Shown: positions 9,110 to 17,795 of the stretch, piece after piece
Layout: the number at the start of each line of letters is the position of its first letter
How positions within the stretch are numbered: the first letter of the stretch is position 1
Source of the DNA: Candidatus Woesebacteria bacterium
GTDB taxonomy: Bacteria > Patescibacteriota > Microgenomatia > UBA1400 > UBA1396
Direction: 5' to 3'
Length of the DNA: 45,475 nucleotides
Assembly: GCA_963749595.1 (NCBI GenBank)
Contig: CAVVNJ010000010.1
Span: 131,223-176,697, forward strand
Notes under the pieces: generated by a model
The model's database searches: none
Told to the model about the DNA's origin: nothing
What the model saw: only the letters and a program-made list of their open reading frames with translations
Program-made: the position numbers and the translations under genes

Positions 9110-9457
9110 ATGGAAAGACCGATATTCATGATCGGCTGGGAATTTCCACCGCACCATAGCGGTGGCTTGGGCGTTGCTTGTCAGGGTATGGCGCGGGGTT
9201 TATTGGCCTTAGATTTACCCGTCGCTTTTGTCTTGCCCAAGTCGATTCCTGACGGCCAGGTATACGCCCAATCAAAACACCAGCTGGCCCCTGGTTTATC
9301 GATGGACCTAATTCAAGTCAACTCCAACCTGGAGCCCTATTGGCAGCAGACCGCCGATTCGCCGCGCGCGGATATGATCAGCGAGGCATACCGGTACGGC
9401 CAAGTGGTTGGCGAGTTGGCACCACGGTTTGATCCGGCGGTTCTCCACGCCCACGAC
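9110..9457 (+). pseudogene. N-terminal part of GT4/glycogen-synthase-like glycosyltransferase, truncated at junction
   Basis: 'MIGWEFPPHHSGGLGVAC...VLP...LHAHD' (family continues HAHDW); downstream sequence is the antisense of a LacI gene. Confidence 0.85.
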
Positions 9458-10449
9458 GACCAAAATTGGATGAATGACCTCGCTGACAGTTCTGACCTTG
9501 CCGCTAATCAACGCCAGCAGTTGCGTCGCCATGCAGCGGCCGACTTCGGCCGCGCGGTAGTCTACCGTGGTCAAGGTGGGATCTAACGCGAGGCAAAGGT
9601 CCGTGTTGTCATATCCGACCACGGCAACGTCGTCGGGAATCACCGAGTCCGCGCCCTCGCAGAATCTTCATCGCCCCAGCGGCCATGTAGTCATTGGCAG
9701 CAAAAGACCCCGTCCGGCGTGAATTCCGTCAGAATGCTTTCCATGGCGGTCGTCCCGCTTGGGATCGTAAAGTCGCCGTAGCGCTTGGTTACCTTTCTGA
9801 CCCCCGCCGCAATGAGCCCTTCAAAAAACCCCCGTTCGCGCTCGATCGCATCCACGTGCGTTTCGGGCCCATTGATCATTGCCACTCGCTGGCATCCCCG
9901 TTTGGCAAACTGCTGGGCGACCAACTGTCCGCCGTGGTAATTATCCAGATCCACATAGTTTACGTCAGCTCCAAAGCAGGCCGGCCGCATCATCACGTAA
10001 GGAAACGAGCGTTGCCGAAGCGGATAGAGAAATGGGTAGTCGCGAAGGTATTGCGGGACGATGATGATGCCATCGAGGGTCCGGTCTCCCACAACGCGCT
10101 CAAAGTAGTCCATCAAGTCGGGATCTTCATGCGATTTGACATCAAGCCGCAAGCTGTAGTTGGCTTGGTAGCCCACTGCCAAAACGCCCTGCTGCAAATA
10201 GTAAAATAGCGACGTCTTGTGAACGATGTTCGTTATATTAACCGACGTCATCATCAGCAAAGCGATGGTGTTTGACTTGCCTGTGTTCAGCGTGCGCCCG
10301 ATGCGATTGGGCACATAGTTCAGCCGCCTGGCGCACTCCAAAACCCGCGCGCGCGTGGATTCCTTAACCTCTCCCCGGTTCAAGGCCATTGAAGCCGTAG
10401 CTACCGATACTTTCGCAAGCTCCGCTACTTCCTTAAGGGTGGCCCTCAT
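9455..10449 (-). CDS. LacI-family transcriptional regulator (frameshifted near 9650-9695, last codons lost at junction)
   Basis: HTH 'TLKEVAELAKVSVATASMALN'; C-terminal 'IPDDVAVVGYDN...PTLTTVD...IHPILVV' lies in another frame. Confidence 0.9.
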
Positions 10450-10722
10450 TCCGATAGCATGACCCGCGAAGGAGCGGTGTCACCGGCTCGGACGGATTCG
10501 CGAAATTCCGGCTGACGATGAATCCAGCCGCGCAGGTTGTTGTAGCTAACTTCAAGCTGACACTGGGTTTTGAGGATTGTGCGGACCGTGGTGAGGGGAA
10601 TGCCTTCCTTGACGGCATTGATGACAAAATCCCGGTAGGGTGTCAGTTTGCTCGCCCGTCGCCGCTTTTGTTCGGCGAGGGCGCGGGCTTCTTTTAGCAA
10701 CTTGCTCGGCGTCAACTTTCAT
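10446..10722 (-). CDS. Small basic HTH-like hypothetical protein
   Basis: 'SKLTPYRDFV..AVKEGIPLTTVRTIL..QCQLEVSYNNLRGWI' is HTH-like; ATGA overlap with LacI; start at 10715 (TTG) or 10722 (ATG, needing a frameshift). Confidence 0.55.
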
Positions 10723-10733
10723 AGTCAACTACA

Positions 10734-10814
10734 TGTCATTCTGACAATTGGATATACAATATCAATAAATCATTGATACCATAATTCTTATTGCATTGCT
10801 TGACAGTATGTCAA
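10734..10814. promoter_or_regulatory. AT-rich control region with three inverted repeats
   Basis: TGTCA-TTC-TGACA (10734-46), TATCAAT-AAATC-ATTGATA (10760-78), TTGACA-GTA-TGTCAA (10800-14). Confidence 0.55.
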
Positions 10815-10983
10815 ATAGTCTCGCTATCGACCCTAAAGGCAGCCGCGCTGGAATACGTCGCCCAATGAACGATCGATTTTCGGGAAGTATTGCTCGGGAT
10901 CCGCGAGAAGTGGACTTGGCGATTCTGTGAGGCTCGCGCGGGCTCCTTGACGGTAAGTCATACCCGTGGTACTACCAGGCAAT

Positions 10984-11062
10984 GAGAGGAAGCTCGGGCG
11001 CGTTTCGGTTGAGGAACTGGATCAAGCGATTGAGGGATTGAACGAGATTCATCGGCGCGTAG
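10984..11062 (+). pseudogene. C-terminal remnant of MazF/PemK-type toxin
   Basis: Reads 'ERKLGRVSVEELDQAIEGLNEI', resembling PemK/MazF C-termini; no N-terminus present. Confidence 0.45.
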
Positions 11063-11184
11063 CTTTTTAAACGGTTAGAGTGCTCTGCGAAGGGTGGCGC
11101 GCTTCGGACCTGCTGCGATAAGCCTCCTACGACTGCTAACGTGCGCAAATTCCATTTTTAGGCGTGCCCGAGGCACGACCTGAA

Positions 11185-11718
11185 CTATTCCGGGGGAGAT
11201 TCGCCGCGAGCTTCGAACCACTTTCGCAAGAAGAACAAATCTCCGGCATCCTTCTCGCGGCGGGTGTTCTTCTTCATGCGCCAAAGGAGGCGAGGCGAAG
11301 CGAACGGAATTTCAACATCGCCGATTTTTCGGACGATGATATCCTTGGATGCTTCCTCATAACCGATCCCGGAAGCGGATTTCATCAGGTCGACGACAAT
11401 CTCATCCGCCACGCGAACAATGGTGTATTTGGAGACGTCCCCGGGGTCGAGTTCGTCCGCCGCACGGTCGGGGAGGCTCCGAAGCGCCATATAGATCTTC
11501 GCTTCGTTCTCAGGCGCGGTGTCCATGAGGATATCAAGGTCCCCGGTGAATCTCGGATATCCGGCATGGATGATTGCGTAACCGCCGATCACCAGGTAGC
11601 GTGCGCCGAGTTTGTTTAGTATCCGGCAGAGCGCGACGAGGTCCTCTTCAACCGGCGGTCTCGGGACTAATGCCGATTCTTCCCCGCTGCCGCTTCGGCG
11701 ATCTTCGTCATCAGCCAA
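11185..11718 (-). CDS. Nucleotidyltransferase-family protein
   Basis: 'YLVIGGYAIIHAGYPRFTGDLDIL' (GG..DxD) and 'MKKNTRREKDAGDLFFL'. Confidence 0.85.
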   Translation of the reverse strand: MADDEDRRSGSGEESALVPRPPVEEDLVALCRILNKLGARYLVIGGYAIIHAGYPRFTGDLDILMDTAPENEAKIYMALRSLPDRAADELDPGDVSKYTIVRVADEIVVDLMKSASGIGYEEASKDIIVRKIGDVEIPFASPRLLWRMKKNTRREKDAGDLFFLRKWFEARGESPPE

Positions 11719-11891
11719 TCGTTTGCCTCCTCATGTGAGTGAAACCGATAAACTCCTTTGGGAACGCCGAGCGCTTGCCGAAACGAGGCGCCTGCCTGCT
11801 GGACTCCCATACCAAAGCGGAATCCGTCAGCGACTCGTCTCCGCCCGACCGTCTTGCCGGGTGTTTCCTCGAGGTTGATGATCGGATCCAT
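11667..11891 (-). CDS. Small protein upstream of nucleotidyltransferase (putative TA partner)
   Basis: 74 aa, 'PKGVYRFHSHEEANDW' motif, overlaps the NTase start. Confidence 0.7.
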   Translation of the reverse strand: MDPIINLEETPGKTVGRRRVADGFRFGMGVQQAGASFRQALGVPKGVYRFHSHEEANDWLMTKIAEAAAGKNRH

Positions 11892-12281
11892 GAATGGAGT
11901 CTAACACGGTGGCCAGACGCACTCAACAGTTGCGAGACGACTCACGGCAGGGTCATGCGATTTGTTCCAGGGTCACCAATCTCGCAGAGCCCGCCGACAG
12001 GTGGGATAATCCTGTCGCTCCGACCAAACGCGACAGGATGAAAATAGTCCGGGCGGTGCTCAAGACAGAGTCGCGGAATGCCGACCCCTCAACGATCAAC
12101 CCTCAACCATTTTTCCGACTGCCTGCGCGCCAGCGCCACGCCAGGGAAGCCCAATCTCGCAGAGTCTGCCCGGGAGGCGAATAAATCCTGTCGCGTGAAA
12201 GACGGAAGATTGTCCATTGTTTTAAGGCTTTTTTGGGTGCGGGGACACCTAGATTATGATAAATGGAAACACTTTCCTGTT

Positions 12282-12593
12282 ATGAGCAACGAATCATCCG
12301 ATCAAGAGATTCATTCCGCTGAGAGCATCGAATCGCTCGATCGGCGCTTGTTTTTGCGGAGCCTTGGAAAGTGGTCGGGCGCAGTGATCTTAGCGGTGAC
12401 CGGAGGCGTCTGGCTTACCTCTTGCGTTGGCAGCTGGATCAACCGCGGGGGAGTCGGTGGAGGTGGCGGATGGATCAATCGCAGAGGAGTCGTTGGAGGT
12501 GGCAGCTGGATCAATCGCAGGGGAGTTGTTGGGGGTGGCGGATGGATCAACCGGCGTGTGGGCGGCGGAAGCGGCTGGATCAATCGCTGGTAG
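12282..12593 (+). CDS. Gly-rich repeat peptide, putative triceptide (GrrA/OscA-like) RiPP precursor with Tat-like leader
   Basis: MSNESS...DRRLFLRSLGKWSGAVILAVTGGVWLTSCVGS followed by five WINR motifs with Gly-rich spacers, ending WINRW. Confidence 0.75.
   Translation: MSNESSDQEIHSAESIESLDRRLFLRSLGKWSGAVILAVTGGVWLTSCVGSWINRGGVGGGGGWINRRGVVGGGSWINRRGVVGGGGWINRRVGGGSGWINRW
12435..12590 (+). repeat. Coding tandem repeat, 36/36/36/33-bp period
   Basis: TGGATCAAYCG at 12435, 12471, 12507, 12543 and 12576. Confidence 0.9.
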
Positions 12594-13153
12594 GTCGATT
12601 TACGTGTCCCAGGGAAATCCGGGCTGATCTTTTGTGAGATGCAGATCGGAACTCGAGGAAGTCGATTTTTGTGCCCCAGTCTGAGTAAGAGCCCTCTTCG
12701 ATCGGAATTCCATCAGATCTGTACGCGCGACCGGTTCGTTCACCATTCAGGAGCTTGATGCCGAACAGGCCAAAACTCTCCCCATTTGATCGCCGAGGCA
12801 CGCGGGCTGCAGGCAAAGGCGACGAGATCCCGCGACTTTCCGCGGCTCCATCAGGCGGTTGAGGAGAGACAAGGGACTGTATTCCACCGCAGAGCGACGG
12901 TTCGCCTCCTGTTCGGAGAGCTCGGGCAGATTTCCTTGAGGCACCATTGACCCGGCTATCGCGGCCTATCTGGACGAACCTTCCACCCCACGCCCTGCCG
13001 CTGTGATCTGCGGGTTCCGCCGAAGCCCGCCACACTTGTTACTCTCACCCTCCGCAACACCGGCCCTAATCTGTCTCACAAGCAAAAACCGGTGCGTCGT
13101 TTCAGAGAACTCGAATCCACCATGAATCAGAACCTACACATGATGATTACAAC

Positions 13154-13573
13154 ATGAGCACAACAACTCCCTTGACCGGCGGATGCGCTTGCGGCGCGGT
13201 TCGCTACGAATCCACAGCCACACCTATTCTGATGCTTCACTGTCACTGTCGCGATTGCCAGCGAGCCAGTGGCGGGGCGTTTTCGTCTTTCGTCATCGTG
13301 CCTGCGGAAGCTTTCAAGCTCTTGCAAGGCTCGCCCCGCTTTCATGCGTCGCCCAGCGAAAAAGGCGGCATGACCCGCCGGGGCTTTTGCCCTGAGTGCG
13401 GCGCGCCGATTGTGGTCAAGCCCGATACCGTTCCTCAATTTGTTGCGATCAGAACCGCGAGCTTGGATGATCCCAGTTGGTTCAAAGCGCAAATGGACGT
13501 GTGGACATGTGACGCGCACCCGTGGGACGAAATGAATCCCGCGCTGCCGAAGTTTGAAAAGTATCCTCAATAA
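13154..13573 (+). CDS. GFA family (glutathione-dependent formaldehyde-activating) protein
   Basis: 'GGCACGAVRY...HCHCRDCQR...RGFCPECGAP' zinc motifs. Confidence 0.93.
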   Translation: MSTTTPLTGGCACGAVRYESTATPILMLHCHCRDCQRASGGAFSSFVIVPAEAFKLLQGSPRFHASPSEKGGMTRRGFCPECGAPIVVKPDTVPQFVAIRTASLDDPSWFKAQMDVWTCDAHPWDEMNPALPKFEKYPQ

Positions 13574-13704
13574 GAGCGAAGGGGAACTTTATGCCGAACC
13601 CCAAACCGTCAAAGTGTGGTTCCAGGGCCGGTAAGGCGTGTCGATCGTCCGAAGCAGTCGACCTCGCGTGAGTGGCCAGGACGCCAAATGACACCTTGCT
13701 CGGC

Positions 13705-14721
13705 TCAGAAGCCCGGCAATCCGTCGCGGATGTGCTGAGAGAAGTCGGGCGCAGCGTCGGCAGCGTTCGCGGCGGCGTTGACGAGCGCACGGCTTTTCAA
13801 GTCGGCGAACGGCAGACCGCCTGTGGCCAGCGCGCCACGCTCGAACAACAATTCGTCGCCTTTGCCATTGAGCAAGATACGCCAGTCCCAAGGGATGCGC
13901 TGCGCGGCGTCACGCTGTGTGCGGATGGTCGTCGTGCAGTTGGTCGTCACAGCATTGTACCAGCGCGGGCGGACGTGGAGTTCATTCATCGCGGTGATGT
14001 ACTCCATGAACCGCTCGCGCGCTTTCTCCGGCGACGCGGTTGTTCGGTAGAGATAGACGTCTTCGCTGCGGCGAAAGTTTGTCCGTACGCGAATGACATC
14101 GCGCTCGTCGGCGACGATGTAAATCAGCTCGTACTGCCGGTAGAAGCCGCCGATCGCTGAATAGTTCTCGCCGATTTCCCTCCGCGTCTCGATGGAAAAG
14201 CAGAGCGGCGGCGCGTCGGCAAACTGGAAGCTCGCGATGGGATGCGCCATCCACGGCGAGCCCCAGTAGTTGATGGCAAGGTCCAGCCCGGTGATCTGCG
14301 AAAGTCGCACCGTGCGCGTCTCCCAATGCGGGGTGTAGTCGGTATCGGTGCGGTAATCGAAGTTGCGGACATTGTGCAGCGTCACCTCGTCACCGTTGAT
14401 CTCCGCCCACGGCTCTTGCGCCACGTCGGGTTGCCACGCGCGGGTACTGCTGGGTTTCAAGGTGAGCCACCATCCGAGCACCAGGGCACAGCCCAACAAG
14501 GTGACACCGAGTTTTCGCCACGCACCAGGCACGAAGACGATCGCAGCCAGCAGCGAGAGCGCGAATACCCAGGCCGCCTCAGCGTTCAGCACCGGAAAAT
14601 CGTAGGAGAGCGCGCCGAAGGCCCAGAGGGCAAAACCGAGAGCGAGGAGCCAGGCAATGGTCCAACCCGCCACGCGCACCGCGCGAAAGACCAAAGGTAT
14701 GCGGCGAGTCGGTGAATTCAT
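13705..14721 (-). CDS. DUF4105 / Lnb N-terminal domain membrane protein
   Basis: Three N-terminal TMs, 'LHNVRNFDYR', 'MAHPIASF', 'YNAVTTNCTT'. Confidence 0.88.
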   Translation of the reverse strand: MNSPTRRIPLVFRAVRVAGWTIAWLLALGFALWAFGALSYDFPVLNAEAAWVFALSLLAAIVFVPGAWRKLGVTLLGCALVLGWWLTLKPSSTRAWQPDVAQEPWAEINGDEVTLHNVRNFDYRTDTDYTPHWETRTVRLSQITGLDLAINYWGSPWMAHPIASFQFADAPPLCFSIETRREIGENYSAIGGFYRQYELIYIVADERDVIRVRTNFRRSEDVYLYRTTASPEKARERFMEYITAMNELHVRPRWYNAVTTNCTTTIRTQRDAAQRIPWDWRILLNGKGDELLFERGALATGGLPFADLKSRALVNAAANAADAAPDFSQHIRDGLPGF

Positions 14722-14769
14722 CGCGTGCGGTGAGGATGTCGATCGGGATGTTTACGACTCCGCCAGGCC

Positions 14770-14910
14770 GGTGAGTAGCCAGAATGCGACGCACGTCTCC
14801 ATGGCCCTGCGGGGGGCTGATGCGCGCTGTGATCCGGAGGCAGGACGAACTTCTTTTTGCGCACCGTCCCGGTGCGAACTCCGAGACGGCGCGACGCCGT
14901 GAGCAACCCG
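14770..14910 (-). pseudogene. C-terminal remnant of alpha/beta hydrolase
   Basis: Broken frames read 'HGVAPSRSSHRDGAQKE' / 'PDHSAHQ' / 'VRRIL', resembling the 'DGVVPYWSSHLDGAQSE..HSAHQ..EVRRIL' hydrolase end. Confidence 0.45.
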
Positions 14911-15413
14911 CGGGAAGATTGGTGAGTTCACCGAGTGAGCAACGGCACTTCGGCCAGACCGACCTATCAGCGGTCGATCCAACCGCCACCACCCCAGCAA
15001 TCCAGTGTCGCGGGTCGCCGCTTTTTCAATCGATGATTCGCTGCTCATAGGAAAAACGTCTTTTCTCTGATTAATTCTCTCCCGATTTTCAACTGTCCAT
15101 CACAGAGAACACCGGGAACACAGAGGACTGGGCAAGATCTTTTGCAAGGCAATTCCTGTGGGGGAGCGCAGGAATTGCCTCGTAAATTTGGTTCAGGTGA
15201 TCGATTCCGATTCGGAGACTCACCAGGTTCGATTGTGCCCTGTCAACTCTCAACCATCCTCGCCGCAGAAGAGGCCGGAACACAGAAGGACAGCCCCAGT
15301 CATCAACCACTTTGTTCGATCGTAGCCCTTCTGCGAATCACCCTCATCCGCGCCCGCCCTCGGAATTATTTTTCGGATTGACGGCGTGGCGTGCTGTGAA
15401 CGATGTGGTCCTC

Positions 15414-16181
15414 GTGGAGTTTGCTGATCCCACAACGAGGGCGCGCGACAGCCTGGTCGTCATCGAACGGGTTAACAAGTTCTATGGGGACCTTCACGTG
15501 CTCAAGGACATCAATACGACGGTCGCCCGCGGCGAGGTCGTCGTGGTGATCGGGCCCTCCGGTTCCGGGAAGTCGACGCTCTGCCGAGCCATCAATCGAC
15601 TCGAAACTATCGACTCCGGAGTCATATCGATTGATGGCGAACCGCTGCCTCAAGAGGGCAAAGAACTCGCCAAGCTTCGGGCCGACGTCGGGATGGTTTT
15701 TCAGTCATTCAATCTCTTCGCGCACAAGACCGCCCTCGAGAATGTGACTCTCGGGCCGATCAGAGTTCGAAATATGAAACGCGAGGACGCTCGCGAAAAG
15801 GCCAGGTCTCTCCTGAAGCGGGTAGGGGTGGCGGAGCAGGCGAACAAATACCCGCATCAGCTTTCCGGCGGCCAGCAGCAGCGAGTGGCTATTGCCCGCT
15901 CGCTGGCGATGGATCCCAAATTGATTCTGTTGGACGAACCAACCAGTGCGCTCGACCCGGAAATGATCAGCGAGGTTTTGGACGTCATGGTCGACCTGGC
16001 GAAGGGAGGCATGACGATGGTCGTCGTCACTCACGAGATGGGTTTTGCGCGGAATGCCGGCAGCCGGGTGCTCTTCATGGCGGACGGGCAGATCGTTGAG
16101 GAGGCTCCGCCGGCGGAGTTCTTTACGCGTCCCAAAAATGAAAGGGCCGCCGATTTCTTGTCGAAAATCCTGGCGCATTAA
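15414..16181 (+). CDS. gluA: Glutamate/amino acid ABC transporter ATP-binding protein
   Basis: Walker A GPSGSGKS, signature LSGGQQQR, Walker B LILLDEPTSALDPE, VVTHE; start uncertain (GTG 15414 chosen). Confidence 0.9.
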   Translation: MEFADPTTRARDSLVVIERVNKFYGDLHVLKDINTTVARGEVVVVIGPSGSGKSTLCRAINRLETIDSGVISIDGEPLPQEGKELAKLRADVGMVFQSFNLFAHKTALENVTLGPIRVRNMKREDAREKARSLLKRVGVAEQANKYPHQLSGGQQQRVAIARSLAMDPKLILLDEPTSALDPEMISEVLDVMVDLAKGGMTMVVVTHEMGFARNAGSRVLFMADGQIVEEAPPAEFFTRPKNERAADFLSKILAH

Positions 16182-16220
16182 TCGGTTGAAAAACGTGCGA
16201 TTGTTCAAGAAAGAGAAAAG

Positions 16221-17114
16221 ATGCGGAACAAACTACTCCTAGTCCTCAGCCTGGCCGTAGCCAGCGCACTTTGCCTAAGTTCCTGTGGCGACTCCGGGAA
16301 ACCGTCGGCCGGCCACGATTCCGGGGCAAACGGTCCCTACCAGCTCACCGTGGCGAAAGATCCTAAATTCGAAGCGGGCACGACGATGGAGCGACTTTCC
16401 AAGGCCAAAAAGATCACGATTGGCACCAAGTTTGACCAGCCGTTGTTCGGCCAGAAAGGACCCGATAACAAGCCGCGAGGATTCGACGTGGCCATTGGTT
16501 CGCTCGTCGCGGCCCGGCTTGGAATTCCCTACGAAAACATCGAGTGGGTAGAAACCGTTTCCGTAAATCGCGAGCCCTTCCTTCAGCAAGGCCGGGTGGA
16601 TATCGTGGCGGCGACCTATACGATCAACGATGAACGCAAGAAAGTCGTCGACTTTGCGGGCCCCTACTACGAGGCGGGTCAGTCGCTCATGGTTCTCAAA
16701 TCCAACAACGATGTAAAAGGCCCAGAGGACGTCCGGGACAAACCGGTCTGTTCGGTGGAAGGGTCGACACCTGCCGCCAACATTGTCAAACAATATGGGG
16801 CCAAGCTGGTCGCGACGGACGCCTACTCGAAATGTCTCGAGCCGCTGCGTAACGGGCAAGTCGTGGCGGTGACCACCGACAACGTGATCCTGGCCGGCTT
16901 CGTCGATCAGAACCCCGAATTCAAAATCGCCGGCGAGCCTTTCACCAAGGAGCCATACGGAGTCGGCCTGAAGAAGGATGACGACAAATTCCGCGCGTTT
17001 CTCAACGATGTCCTCGCAGAGGCTGAGAAGGACGGAACGTGGAAAAGGCTTTGGGAAGAGACGGCGGGCAAGGTTCTGCCGACGCCTCAGCCGCCGGCGG
17101 TCGATCGGTATTGA
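16221..17114 (+). CDS. gluB: Glutamate ABC transporter substrate-binding lipoprotein
   Basis: Lipobox LSSC; 'IGTKFDQPLFG', 'ATYTINDERK', 'AVTTDNVIL', 'EPYGVG'. Confidence 0.9.
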   Translation: MRNKLLLVLSLAVASALCLSSCGDSGKPSAGHDSGANGPYQLTVAKDPKFEAGTTMERLSKAKKITIGTKFDQPLFGQKGPDNKPRGFDVAIGSLVAARLGIPYENIEWVETVSVNREPFLQQGRVDIVAATYTINDERKKVVDFAGPYYEAGQSLMVLKSNNDVKGPEDVRDKPVCSVEGSTPAANIVKQYGAKLVATDAYSKCLEPLRNGQVVAVTTDNVILAGFVDQNPEFKIAGEPFTKEPYGVGLKKDDDKFRAFLNDVLAEAEKDGTWKRLWEETAGKVLPTPQPPAVDRY

Positions 17115-17147
17115 CGAGCCGACTGACCGGATCGAGGAGCCATTCGT

Positions 17148-17795
17148 TTGAGTGTTGTCTTTGATAACTTCGGTCTGTTCTGGCTTGGTTTCGTCTCCAC
17201 TCTGCACCTGCTGATTGTCTCGGGCTTTGGTGCACTGTTCTTAGGCACCGTGGTCGCGTCATTGCGCGTGTCGCCGTTCGGTTCCTTTCGCGCTTTAGCC
17301 GCAATCTATACCGAGGTCCTGCGCAATACCCCTCTCACTCTGGTATTCTTTTTTTGCGCATTCGTTCTCCCGAAAATCGGAGTGATCCTGGACTTTCAGT
17401 TCGCGGCGATTGTGGCGCTGACCGTTTACACGGCTCCGTTCATTGCCGAAGCTTTGCGCTCGGGAATCAACGGCGTGCCCGCCGGTCAGGCGGAAGCCGC
17501 GCGCAGTATCGGCTTGAGGTTCGACCAGGTGCTCATCCTCATTATTTTGCCGCAAGCCTTTCGCATGGTGATTCCGCCGCTGGTGAATGTGTTCATCGCG
17601 TTGACGAAAAATACCTCGGTGGCGGGTGGTTTTTTCGTCTTCGAACTCTTCAGTGTCGGGAAACGTCTCGCTAATGCGCATGGTTCAGCGGTGATTCCGA
17701 TTTTGCTCGGTGTGGCCTGCTTTTACCTGCTCATTACGGTTCCCCTCGGCCAGTTGTCTCATCGCCTCGAGGCCAAGGTGGCGCTGGCTCGATGA
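17148..17795 (+). CDS. gluC: Amino acid ABC transporter permease
   Basis: 'RNTPLTL', EAA loop 'EALRSGINGVPAGQAEAARSIG', 'LTKNTSV'. Confidence 0.9.
   Translation: MSVVFDNFGLFWLGFVSTLHLLIVSGFGALFLGTVVASLRVSPFGSFRALAAIYTEVLRNTPLTLVFFFCAFVLPKIGVILDFQFAAIVALTVYTAPFIAEALRSGINGVPAGQAEAARSIGLRFDQVLILIILPQAFRMVIPPLVNVFIALTKNTSVAGGFFVFELFSVGKRLANAHGSAVIPILLGVACFYLLITVPLGQLSHRLEAKVALAR

Noticed and set aside
9110-9586. 158-aa ORF as a genuine novel fusion protein
   Set aside because: Residues after HAHD are the antisense reading of the LacI 3' end.
12078-12281. N-terminal extension of the Gly-rich ORF
   Set aside because: It does not look protein-like; ATG 12282 follows an AT-rich promoter-like stretch (TATGAT) and gives a sensible leader.
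12435-12590. 36-bp periodic repeat as a CRISPR array
   Set aside because: No unique spacers, the period is a multiple of 3 with synonymous variation, it lies within an ORF, and there are no cas genes.
12600-13100. Remnant of a radical-SAM maturase downstream of the precursor
   Set aside because: No CxxxCxxC or SPASM motif in the listed ORFs; only an unassignable minus-strand fragment.
16275-17207. Long antisense ORFs (also 19665-20741, 37035-38021, 41618-42493, 42548-43432)
   Set aside because: Shadow frames of well-supported genes in GC-rich DNA, with no motifs of their own.
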